From the IMG/VR virus record IMGVR_UViG_3300028412_000003: DNA of 64,000 bases. One strand, written 5' to 3'. Numbering within the stretch: position 1 is the stretch's first letter; the number at the start of each line of letters is the position of its first letter. The translations under genes were made by a program, and so were the position numbers. Origin of the DNA: a virus. Taxonomy: Duplodnaviria; Caudoviricetes. Positions 21,137 to 29,745 of the stretch are shown here, in pieces. Under the pieces are notes generated by a model that saw only the letters and a program-made list of their open reading frames with translations, was not told the origin of the DNA and made no database searches.

Positions 21137-22020
21137 ATTATTATGAACTTGAACCAGAAGAAAATACATTTAAAACACTTGTAGTGGACATTACTCATAA
21201 GTGTAATATGGAATGTGCCAATTGTTATATTCCAAATAGAGATATTCCAGATATGGATCTAGATCGTCTTTATGATCTAGCGAAGAGGCTACCTCGGCGC
21301 ACAGAGTTTCGATTGATGGGAGGAGAACCGACTATGCACAAAGATCTACCAGACATAATTTCTACTCTCCGCACGCTAGGTCACAGGCCTACAATACTTA
21401 CTAACGGACTCAGGCTAGGCAATTTAGACTACTGTAAGACGCTTAAAAACGCGGGCTTGCACAGTTTAAACATAAGTCTCAACGGCGCTGATGACGACAA
21501 CATCTATGTTATAACAGATGAACTTAAATGTGCAGAACGTAAAATGAAAGCATTAAGGAATGTCGTTTCTTTAAATATGTTCATCAATATCAATTGTATC
21601 ATACAAAAAGGCGTAAGTGAACCCGTGCCTGGACGGTTAATTGATATATTCCAAAATGAGTTAAACTATCCCGGTGTATTACGATTCCGCAATGTTGGAC
21701 AGATTGGCCGGTTTTCTTTAGGAAAAGAAGACAATTATACCTTTGATGAATTGATAGAGTTCATGGGTAAAGTTACTGGAAAAGATCCTGATTGGATACG
21801 TCAATGGAAACAAGTTGAAGGTTACGACGAAGAACACAACGTACTCTTTCCATTAGATGAAACAAAGAAGAGATCGACCCAGTGGATTAAAATTACGGAT
21901 TGGAGCCCTTCTTTATCTGATATTCCTGATCCAAATAGTATTAGGAGAGGAAGGATCACTCAAGATTTTAAGCTGGCACCTTTCTTTGAGCACGTTAAGG
22001 AAAACGAATTTGGATACTAA
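21133..22020 (+). CDS. Radical SAM protein (MoaA-like core, no SPASM)
   Basis: CNMECANC, LMGGEP, LTNG, ISLNG; start at 21133 by ATGA overlap. Confidence 0.85.
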   Translation: MNYYELEPEENTFKTLVVDITHKCNMECANCYIPNRDIPDMDLDRLYDLAKRLPRRTEFRLMGGEPTMHKDLPDIISTLRTLGHRPTILTNGLRLGNLDYCKTLKNAGLHSLNISLNGADDDNIYVITDELKCAERKMKALRNVVSLNMFININCIIQKGVSEPVPGRLIDIFQNELNYPGVLRFRNVGQIGRFSLGKEDNYTFDELIEFMGKVTGKDPDWIRQWKQVEGYDEEHNVLFPLDETKKRSTQWIKITDWSPSLSDIPDPNSIRRGRITQDFKLAPFFEHVKENEFGY

Positions 22021-22645
22021 TTTTAAGAAATATAGAGGAAAGGTGATACTAGCCATAAGCTATTTTTCTTTTGTTATAGGATTTTTTTTCTATAATTGGA
22101 TGTGGATATTTCCTGCGATAGTAGCTGGGTATCTCAGTGTAGCGATCAGTCATTATATTTTGCATTTACATTTTGGCCACAAGACATATAAAGACACCAT
22201 ACAAAATAAATTATTGAGTTTAAGTTGCTTGTTTACTGGGATCGGCACTCCTCTCGAATACGCACTGATACACCGACAGCATCACAAATATAGTGATAAA
22301 AAAGGTGATCCACATTCTCCTGTGCTTGAAGGATTTTGGAACGTGTTATTCTTAAAGATGAATTCAACTAAAATGGAACTTAATTTGATTAGAGATTTCA
22401 TCAAGAGTGAATTCCAACGGAAATTAAATTTACATTTTTTTAAGATATGGATTCTAATTTTTCTTTCAGTATTGATAATTTATCCTCCTGTGGCTTTGTT
22501 TATTATCGCACCAATGTGTATACATGCAACTACGTCAGCTCAACTAATAACAGCGTGTTGTCATAGTAATGGATACGCTGAAAATGTCCCATGGATAGCA
22601 ATTATCAATCCATGGGCGTGGAATCATGGAGATCATCATGAATGA
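22010..22645 (+). CDS. Second membrane desaturase-like protein (short or degenerate)
   Basis: HLHFGH, HRQHH, DPHSP, ends NHGDHHE; probable TTG start at 22010 with AAGGA RBS. Confidence 0.7.
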   Translation: MDTNFKKYRGKVILAISYFSFVIGFFFYNWMWIFPAIVAGYLSVAISHYILHLHFGHKTYKDTIQNKLLSLSCLFTGIGTPLEYALIHRQHHKYSDKKGDPHSPVLEGFWNVLFLKMNSTKMELNLIRDFIKSEFQRKLNLHFFKIWILIFLSVLIIYPPVALFIIAPMCIHATTSAQLITACCHSNGYAENVPWIAIINPWAWNHGDHHE

Positions 22646-23390
22646 TACAATTAAACCAGATCTTAATAAATGGTATGAGCCTTATACAAGTTGGAAAATT
22701 CCAACTAAAAATTGGGCAAAACTAAACGAAAAATATAGTTTTGATCTTGATCTTATGAGATCAAATATAATAGACATAATGCAAAATTATGAACTTAAAC
22801 CGTTTCCTAGTTTCGCTGCGGGACGTTGGGGCCACAACGAGAAAACTAGATTTGATTATAATGGCATTGGGCTTACTTGTAGAGAGGATGCCACAGATCC
22901 TCTCTACGATGCCTTAAATACTTTTAATAGAAGAGAAGTAAAAGACAAGAAATATACAGAAAACGGAATAGTTAATACGTTAACATATGAACGCAATTTT
23001 ACTCAGCGTACTGATGCTTGCACTCCGTATCTAAGTGAGATATTAGATAGATTCAGTTCAACTATGTGTAAAGCCCGTATATTAGAACTTAAACCCGGAG
23101 GGATAATATTTCCACATGTAGATTTTCCTTATTATGAACAAGTGAGATTACATGCACCGATATTCTCAAATGAAGAAACTTTTTGGGAGGTGAATGGTGA
23201 AAGATTTCAGATACCAGAAGATGGAAATTTTTATTGGTTTGACACCGGCAAATATCATTCAGTTGTAAACAAAGGAACCAACCCAAGGATTATGCTATCT
23301 GTAAATTTGTCTATCTACAAAGATAGAAATGATAATTTAATTAACACAGAAGAAAATATAGATGAAATTATAATATCGGATAAAATATAA
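22638..23390 (+). CDS. Asp/Asn beta-hydroxylase-like 2OG-Fe(II) oxygenase (tandem copy 1)
   Basis: KARILELKPGGIIFPHVD, RLHAPI, YHSVVN, PRIML. Confidence 0.8.
   Translation: MNDTIKPDLNKWYEPYTSWKIPTKNWAKLNEKYSFDLDLMRSNIIDIMQNYELKPFPSFAAGRWGHNEKTRFDYNGIGLTCREDATDPLYDALNTFNRREVKDKKYTENGIVNTLTYERNFTQRTDACTPYLSEILDRFSSTMCKARILELKPGGIIFPHVDFPYYEQVRLHAPIFSNEETFWEVNGERFQIPEDGNFYWFDTGKYHSVVNKGTNPRIMLSVNLSIYKDRNDNLINTEENIDEIIISDKI
22998..23277 (+). repeat. 280-bp perfect direct repeat, copy 1
   Basis: Base-by-base identical to 23777-24056 (offset 779). Confidence 0.95.
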
Positions 23391-24169
23391 TGAGTATAGA
23401 TAAATTTGACACTTCAACAAAGGACATAGGCGATTACAATAATTGGTATCAACCACACACTAAATGGAAAATTCCAGATAGAAATTGGTGTAAGACCCAT
23501 AAGAAATTTAGCTTTGATTTAGATCGTATTCGAGAAGATGTATTGGAAATAAAAGAAACTTTTGGATTTAAAGGATTTCCAATAAAAGGAAAAAAACGTA
23601 GATGGGCATATCAAGGTATTGGATTAACTACACGTCCAGAAGCATCAGATCCTTTGTATGATGCGTTACATACTTATAATAAAGATGACGAAGTTTGTAT
23701 TGATAAGTTTTTTGTTGATCAAGCAACATATGTAAAAGAAGATGAAAAATATGCTCGTTATACCTACGAAAAAAACTTTACTCAGCGTACTGATGCTTGC
23801 ACTCCGTATCTAAGTGAGATATTAGATAGATTCAGTTCAACTATGTGTAAAGCCCGTATATTAGAACTTAAACCCGGAGGGATAATATTTCCACATGTAG
23901 ATTTTCCTTATTATGAACAAGTGAGATTACATGCACCGATATTCTCAAATGAAGAAACTTTTTGGGAGGTGAATGGTGAAAGATTTCAGATACCAGAAGA
24001 TGGAAATTTTTATTGGTTTGACACCGGCAAATATCATTCAGTTGTAAACAAAGGAAAAGAGAGTCGTTTTGTTTTAAGTATAAACCTTTCTTTGTATTAT
24101 GACAAAGACGAAAACCCAACTAATCATGAGATAGATATAGATGAATTCCTTTCTTCAGACAGATTATAA
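23390..24169 (+). CDS. Asp/Asn beta-hydroxylase-like 2OG-Fe(II) oxygenase (tandem copy 2)
   Basis: Same catalytic core as copy 1, with divergent N- and C-termini. Confidence 0.8.
   Translation: MSIDKFDTSTKDIGDYNNWYQPHTKWKIPDRNWCKTHKKFSFDLDRIREDVLEIKETFGFKGFPIKGKKRRWAYQGIGLTTRPEASDPLYDALHTYNKDDEVCIDKFFVDQATYVKEDEKYARYTYEKNFTQRTDACTPYLSEILDRFSSTMCKARILELKPGGIIFPHVDFPYYEQVRLHAPIFSNEETFWEVNGERFQIPEDGNFYWFDTGKYHSVVNKGKESRFVLSINLSLYYDKDENPTNHEIDIDEFLSSDRL
23777..24056 (+). repeat. 280-bp perfect direct repeat, copy 2
   Basis: Identical to 22998-23277. Confidence 0.95.
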
Positions 24170-24788
24170 AACTATTGATATAAAAAAAGATGATAATTGG
24201 AGAGAGATCTTTGAAAATTACCGCAATGAAATTTTACAAGCAGATGATGCATTAATAAGGAATTATGCTAAAGACAGGCTTAAAGTTGATGACCATTCTG
24301 GCTTCTTTATCACAATAAATAATTCTTTGGATATTGTTGCTTTCTATGGTGTCTATAAAAGAGACTGGTGGCCCGAAGGATTTTTTAGGATAGGAAATAG
24401 GACTTGGGTTGATCCTCGTTATCGTTCAAAATCTGCAAGGCATCACACAGGATATCCTTTTAGGTTAGGATGGTTATTTACACATGGGCATGATCCTATG
24501 ATTGAATGCTGTAAAGAAAACGGTGGTCTGATTGCGTTTGCATCAAAAGAAAATACCGGACGTAAAAAGAATGTGTTTGTTTATACCGCAGGAATAGAAT
24601 TACCAAAATTAAGACCAGAATGGAGTTTACTTGATGGATACTATAATGTAGTTGGAGTAAACGATACTAAAGATTGCTGGCAGAAAATAACATATAGACA
24701 ACTAACAAATAATGATATTTCCTTTGTTGGATTTGATCATATAAGCGACGAAGAATTTGAAGAGAGATTTATTAATGAAAGTATATAA
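24141..24788 (+). CDS. Hypothetical protein, possible GNAT-like fold
   Basis: IVAFYGV..RIGNRTWVDPRYR resembles GNAT motif A; weak match, start uncertain. Confidence 0.4.
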   Translation: MNSFLQTDYKTIDIKKDDNWREIFENYRNEILQADDALIRNYAKDRLKVDDHSGFFITINNSLDIVAFYGVYKRDWWPEGFFRIGNRTWVDPRYRSKSARHHTGYPFRLGWLFTHGHDPMIECCKENGGLIAFASKENTGRKKNVFVYTAGIELPKLRPEWSLLDGYYNVVGVNDTKDCWQKITYRQLTNNDISFVGFDHISDEEFEERFINESI

Positions 24789-25629
24789 TGAAAATTTTGC
24801 AGGATTAGATTATAAGTCTTGGGAATTTGAACAAGTTGGATTAAAAGGTGTTGGAACAAATCACATTCCTATTTTAGGAATGGACAAATACATAGACACT
24901 TCTATGAACGAAGAATTACATGCTGAATGTAGCATTGGATTAGCGTTATGTAACACAATGAAAATGGGAGGATTTTCTGGATCGATTCCTCCTTTTGAAC
25001 AAGAAAAATATGATGGGTTGAACACATGGACTGAGTTGTTAAGAGAAATAGAAAAGTATGATCCAACTGGTTTCCATACAAAGAACATTGAGGAAATATT
25101 AAGGCGTACTAGTAAGAACAACGTTAAAGCGGTTTATCGTTATGTGTATTTTGCAATGGGTGCTCCAATTCCGTGGTTCTTTGCTGTGTATCTTTTAAAT
25201 AATAGCTTTGGTAATAAGACAAATGAAAGTAAAGATTATACCGAAGATGCAAAATATTTTCCTAAGTTAATTGAGTATATAAACAGTTTACCTTTTAAAC
25301 AAATTGGAAGGATACTTTTCTTTACAACATTTCCACATGCTGAAGTAGTGACACACAGAGATGGTCCTATGATAGCACACCGGGATCATAACATAAATCT
25401 ATTCTTTGTTGAATCACGTAAATCATTTGTGTGGAATGATACCGCCAACGAACGGCATTACCTAGACCTTGACCAAAGAAGTTATTTTTTTAATAATAGA
25501 GATTACCATGGTGTAGAAGCAGAAAAAAAGTTCCGTTACACTTTGCGAGTAGACGGAACTTTTGAAGATTGGTTACAAGAGGATTTAGGACTTGTAGATG
25601 GATACACTTGGCATCCATCTTATGACTGA
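24775..25629 (+). CDS. Hypothetical cupin/2OG-Fe(II)-like oxygenase
   Basis: THRD (HxD) and FFNNRDYHGV distal His; last gene of the + strand island. Confidence 0.5.
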   Translation: MKVYNENFAGLDYKSWEFEQVGLKGVGTNHIPILGMDKYIDTSMNEELHAECSIGLALCNTMKMGGFSGSIPPFEQEKYDGLNTWTELLREIEKYDPTGFHTKNIEEILRRTSKNNVKAVYRYVYFAMGAPIPWFFAVYLLNNSFGNKTNESKDYTEDAKYFPKLIEYINSLPFKQIGRILFFTTFPHAEVVTHRDGPMIAHRDHNINLFFVESRKSFVWNDTANERHYLDLDQRSYFFNNRDYHGVEAEKKFRYTLRVDGTFEDWLQEDLGLVDGYTWHPSYD

Positions 25630-26853
25630 TTATGCAGCAGTACCATCGTCTAAGTTAATCCATGCACTGTTTTGATAACCATTAAATCTATTAGTTGTGG
25701 TGTTATAAACTATCATGCCGTTTGCAGCAGCTATTTCATCTCTTGTAGTTGTAGTATAAGAACCAAACTGTATGTATCCTCCTGATGTTATCGTATTATT
25801 AATTGCATCAATCATTATAGTTGAATCATCCGAAACAAGCGATCCACGGAAAGAAGCAGCATCAATTGTTCCGGAGATTATAGCATCCCCTACAATTTCA
25901 AGTCCTGCTTGCGGATTTACAGTACCCCATCCGATACCTGTATTGGTGATATTGAAAGTTTCTTCGGCTACTACGATTCCGTCGTTAGTAACAGAAAATA
26001 ACATACGTTCGTTACCACCAAGTATTAATGAAGTAGTTACATTATTAACGTCATCTTCTCTTTCAAAGTAGATAGCACCATAATATGCACCAATTCCTGA
26101 AATGTCACCGGTTGACTGTCTTGATAATTTAAGAATACTTCGATTGTCGTCTGATAAGATTCTTAATTCAGAACGAGCTTGGTCAGTTAATATCGTAATT
26201 TCGTTTGTTGATTTTATTTTTTCTGTGTAAACAGTTCTTTGATTAGCATCGTAAAATACAGTACTATCACCAGTTAGTATTCTAGAGACAGTTATGTTTC
26301 CGGTTACCATGTCTCCGGATGTAACATCAACCATTGCTCCAATATTTGGAGAGTTAACGTTACCATTCAACTCCCCAAACACATTGCCTGTTAGGTCACC
26401 TGTAAAAGTTCCAACACCTGCATTAACTAAGATAGTACTTCCGTCTGCTGATATAACATTACCAAATAAATTTCCAGTAATATCACCAAATAAATCGCCA
26501 ATTATAGTATTAGTAGTAGTATCAACTATAACGCTGCTATCGTCTCCAACTATATTAATTCTATAGTTTGATCCTTCAACAACACCCGAGCTTGTTGCGG
26601 TTTCTTCGGCAGGTATCCAATTAGAACCATCCCATTTTAATACCCATCCTGTAACAGGTGATATACTCTGGGTGTCTACATCTTGTAATGAATTAATACT
26701 TTGAAGTGAGTTAGCATCAACTGGAATTCCTCCTGCAGTGGTGCCATCACCAACATAGAGATTTTTTGTATCTGATGTATAATAAGGCTCACCCGCAGCC
26801 AGCGTAATAATTTGCCTTTCTGCATCGGTGCCTCTTCTTAAGCGTAGCGCCAT
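25630..26853 (-). CDS. Tail fibre/virion structural protein (Mtd_N-like N-terminus)
   Basis: MALRLRRGT..GEPYYTSDTKNLYVGDG..GG N-terminus, G-D/N-rich repeats (GDLFGDITGNLFGNV), C-terminal GMIVYNTTTNRFNGY. Confidence 0.65.
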   Translation of the reverse strand: MALRLRRGTDAERQIITLAAGEPYYTSDTKNLYVGDGTTAGGIPVDANSLQSINSLQDVDTQSISPVTGWVLKWDGSNWIPAEETATSSGVVEGSNYRINIVGDDSSVIVDTTTNTIIGDLFGDITGNLFGNVISADGSTILVNAGVGTFTGDLTGNVFGELNGNVNSPNIGAMVDVTSGDMVTGNITVSRILTGDSTVFYDANQRTVYTEKIKSTNEITILTDQARSELRILSDDNRSILKLSRQSTGDISGIGAYYGAIYFEREDDVNNVTTSLILGGNERMLFSVTNDGIVVAEETFNITNTGIGWGTVNPQAGLEIVGDAIISGTIDAASFRGSLVSDDSTIMIDAINNTITSGGYIQFGSYTTTTRDEIAAANGMIVYNTTTNRFNGYQNSAWINLDDGTAA

Positions 26854-26893
26854 TTAGAACTCCTCGTTAACCTTTTTGTTACTTGTATTTATG

Positions 26894-27214
26894 TCATTTC
26901 TGTTTCTTCATGAAGATCCTAGTTCGTCGTTTTATATCATTTTTAACGCGTTCGGTATCTAAACGAAAATCAACATGTACGATGACATCTTCAAATTCTG
27001 CAAAAAGTTCTTCGAGGTCGTCTTCGATTGCTCTAGCTACATCTTCTGTGTTTTTGTTAAGTTTTCGATTATCAAATTCAATTTCCCAAACTCGACCATC
27101 ATCAAATGTAACGTAAATGGCATGAAGATACTCAACGGGTATAACACTTATTTCTACATCCGCAAGTACTTCAGGCCATTGTTCTATAGCTTCGTCAGGC
27201 AGTTTGCGAGACAT
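26894..27214 (-). CDS. Hypothetical protein
   Basis: 106-aa ORF, coupled to the upstream gene. Confidence 0.55.
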   Translation of the reverse strand: MSRKLPDEAIEQWPEVLADVEISVIPVEYLHAIYVTFDDGRVWEIEFDNRKLNKNTEDVARAIEDDLEELFAEFEDVIVHVDFRLDTERVKNDIKRRTRIFMKKQK

Positions 27215-27843
27215 TAGCCCGTTTCTTCAACGGTGTCGGCTGTGTCAGATAGCTCTTTAGCCATCTTTCTTAAACGTTGTGCCTCTTTAAACATAGCATC
27301 CGCTTGAGAACGATAAGACTTAGCAAGGTCTTCATCCGACAAAGGCTTCTCTTCAATTGTTATAGCTTCGTCAACTGTTCCATCTGGCTTGATTGCATAT
27401 TCTGCAGCAGACTGACTAGCATCCATTTTAGGAGAGGAGTCTTCTGCCTTCTTTTTTACTTGATCCGCACCTAATGCTAGATCGGCAACAGTTACACCTT
27501 TTTGTTCGGCTATGAGTTTGTTAAGCTCATTCAACATAATCGAAGTTTGATTGTTTGGAATCATTTCAACTATATTAGTTGGCAACTTTGTTAGCTTACC
27601 TTCCTTGTGAAAGGCACGAAGCATATTGCGTCCATCAGGAATAGTAGAACGATTCATTGCTTCTGCAAACTCGTATACCGTTTGTCCTGTGTTAGACTCT
27701 AACACACGCATCATCGCATCATGATAATCTGAATTTAAGCTATCAGTTTGTACTACAAGACAGCTATCAGCATCACCCGGAATAACTCGATAAGCCACTA
27801 CTAGCTTACGTCGGTTATTTTTTAGTCTTCCTACATGCTTCAT
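27214..27843 (-). CDS. Hypothetical protein
   Basis: 209-aa ORF, ATGA overlap. Confidence 0.6.
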   Translation of the reverse strand: MKHVGRLKNNRRKLVVAYRVIPGDADSCLVVQTDSLNSDYHDAMMRVLESNTGQTVYEFAEAMNRSTIPDGRNMLRAFHKEGKLTKLPTNIVEMIPNNQTSIMLNELNKLIAEQKGVTVADLALGADQVKKKAEDSSPKMDASQSAAEYAIKPDGTVDEAITIEEKPLSDEDLAKSYRSQADAMFKEAQRLRKMAKELSDTADTVEETG

Positions 27844-28073
27844 TGTGCTGCTCCTCCATTTTGTTGAGCAGTCAGTGCATTGATTATTGCATCTATCTTG
27901 TTATAAACTTGTCCAACTGATTCAAGTTCGCCTGCTTTAAATGCTCCGCGTTGTGACGCTACGTCAATTATACTACGGATAGTAGCTAGGTCTTTTATAC
28001 TGATGTCGGAGTGATTTCCGCTTTCAGTTTGAGAAACAGGTTGTTCCTCTTTTGTAGTTTCTTTTGTTGACAT
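27840..28073 (-). CDS. Small hypothetical protein
   Basis: 77-aa ORF with AGGAGG RBS. Confidence 0.65.
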   Translation of the reverse strand: MSTKETTKEEQPVSQTESGNHSDISIKDLATIRSIIDVASQRGAFKAGELESVGQVYNKIDAIINALTAQQNGGAAQ

Positions 28074-28084
28074 CTATGCCTCCT

Positions 28085-28117
28085 AATATGCGTCATTTAG
28101 TACGCATATTATTTATC
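28085..28117 (-). promoter_or_regulatory. GATAAATA late-promoter-like box followed by a 9-bp leader hairpin
   Basis: Inverted repeat AATATGCGT (28085-28093)/ACGCATATT (28102-28110), 8-nt loop; TATTTATC at 28110-28117. Confidence 0.55.
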
Positions 28118-28124
28118 ACATAGA

Positions 28125-28394
28125 TTAATTTGGATATGAAATTATGAAGTAGCTTAATTCACTAGGCTTTTCAAATCCTATTTTTTTAGTGGTGATTATG
28201 TTACCATCTATTATTTCAGTAGTGTCATCAAAATAATAACGTCCGGATAGTTTACGTTCAATCCATTCAATTACATTAGATTCCCAATACTTTAAAATAA
28301 CAGTATTAAGGATTTCGTATTCGAAGTGAGGAGGGGCAACCGGCACCCTCCTCACTCCAAAGTAATCCAATGGATTAGGTTTCTTAAGCTTCAT
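28125..28394 (-). CDS. Hypothetical protein
   Basis: 89-aa ORF directly after the VWA gene. Confidence 0.55.
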   Translation of the reverse strand: MKLKKPNPLDYFGVRRVPVAPPHFEYEILNTVILKYWESNVIEWIERKLSGRYYFDDTTEIIDGNIITTKKIGFEKPSELSYFIISYPN

Positions 28395-28395
28395 C

Positions 28396-29649
28396 TTATT
28401 CTTCGTAATGAGCAGTTACACCAAACGGTGCTTGCAGAGATTTATTTGAATTACCATGAATGATAAACAATGTATCACAGTATTCAGGATCACCCCATGA
28501 ATTATAAGGATACCCGTCAGTAAACATGATAAACAATTTAGGTGCAATTTCTTTGTTTTTCATAAAACTCCAATTTGCATCAAAATCAGTTCCGCCGCCG
28601 CCTTTAATAGAATAGCTACCAATGTCACGACCGTCGTCACCGTTAAACTTATCATGGTTATAAACAGCAGTATCAAAACACCATACGTCAATTTCGTAGT
28701 CTTGAAACTCTTCAACAATGCCTTTTATTTCTGACATAAAATCAGAAGCTTGTTTGTCACCAATAGATCCAGACATGTCAATGCCAATTGCAACCTCGAT
28801 ACGAGTTTGATTGGCACTACCTGGAAGAATAGCACCGCTCTGTTGACCTTTTCGACTTGGTCGCATAAACGTAAAGTCATCCTTTCGAAGACTTTTGATC
28901 TGTTGTTGAATCAATTCTCTCCAATTTATCTTAGGTTCGGTTAACTCACGGATCATACGCTGTATCCCTGCTGGGGTATTTCCAGCACCTGCTCCCATTG
29001 CAGCAGCAATCATATCCTTTTTAATTTCGTCTCGGATCCGACGTAATTCTTCTCTGGTATAACGAGGCTGACCGTTTGCATCAATTCGACCACCACCTTT
29101 ACCGGTTTCGTCTTCCCAATCTAGATGATCATCTAGCAATTGACCAAGTGCGTCTAGTTCGGCGTCGTCCATCTTATTAAAAATATCATCATATACTTCT
29201 TCAGAAGTCCAGTTGTCATATTTCTTATCAATATAGATTTGAATCTGATCAACCATGTCACCAATTCTATCACGAACGAGCAATCCGTTGATTACATAGT
29301 CCGATGCAATATTAAAGATTCGGTGATCACGATCTTCTTTACGCAATCCGTGTTCAAACATGCAATGATAAATCTCATGTGCGATAACAAATTCAGTCTG
29401 CTTAATACTAAGCTGATTAAAGAACTCGACATTATAGTAAAGATTTTTACCGTCTGTTGCAGCAGTATTGCAAAATGCACCACCTTCTTGAATTTTCAAT
29501 CGAGTTGACATATTGCCAAAAAATGGATGTCGAAGCAAGAGTGCAATCCGCGCCGTGATAATCTTATCAACTACTTCTGGTCGCATTGCTTCAATTTCAG
29601 CTTCGGTAATATCGGGATTAGGCTTCCAACTCTTAATATTGACAGTCAT
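28396..29649 (-). CDS. Metallopeptidase-like/VWA domain protein (DUF2201-like), MoxR partner
   Basis: TAATDG, HEIYH (HExxH), IDMSGS MIDAS motif, GGGTDF, FTDG; start moved to the ATG at 29649 (GGAG RBS). Confidence 0.8.
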   Translation of the reverse strand: MTVNIKSWKPNPDITEAEIEAMRPEVVDKIITARIALLLRHPFFGNMSTRLKIQEGGAFCNTAATDGKNLYYNVEFFNQLSIKQTEFVIAHEIYHCMFEHGLRKEDRDHRIFNIASDYVINGLLVRDRIGDMVDQIQIYIDKKYDNWTSEEVYDDIFNKMDDAELDALGQLLDDHLDWEDETGKGGGRIDANGQPRYTREELRRIRDEIKKDMIAAAMGAGAGNTPAGIQRMIRELTEPKINWRELIQQQIKSLRKDDFTFMRPSRKGQQSGAILPGSANQTRIEVAIGIDMSGSIGDKQASDFMSEIKGIVEEFQDYEIDVWCFDTAVYNHDKFNGDDGRDIGSYSIKGGGGTDFDANWSFMKNKEIAPKLFIMFTDGYPYNSWGDPEYCDTLFIIHGNSNKSLQAPFGVTAHYEE

Positions 29650-29677
29650 AGAACACTCCTCTGTTACTTTATATTTA

Positions 29678-29706
29678 ATTATAAAGCAAATTTCGCAATT
29701 AATCAA
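29678..29706 (-). promoter_or_regulatory. Sigma70-type promoter
   Basis: TTGATT-17-TATAAT on the - strand upstream of the VWA gene. Confidence 0.55.
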
Positions 29707-29709
29707 GAG

Positions 29710-29741
29710 AAAAGACGGATGTTTTTCAACACCCGTCTTTT
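29710..29741 (-). terminator. Intrinsic terminator-like hairpin after the MoxR gene
   Basis: AAAAGACGGGTGTT-GAAA-AACATCCGTCTTTT, 14-bp stem with one G-U pair. Confidence 0.7.
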
Positions 29742-29745
29742 TAGT

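Noticed and set aside
21857-22009. Long N-terminal extension of the second desaturase (track start 21857)
   Set aside because: It overlaps the radical SAM gene by 164 nt; a TTG with AAGGA RBS at 22010 is more plausible
22998-24056. Diversity-generating retroelement TR/VR pair
   Set aside because: The copies are 100% identical with no adenine-specific mismatches, both lie inside intact coding cores, and no reverse transcriptase is present in the window
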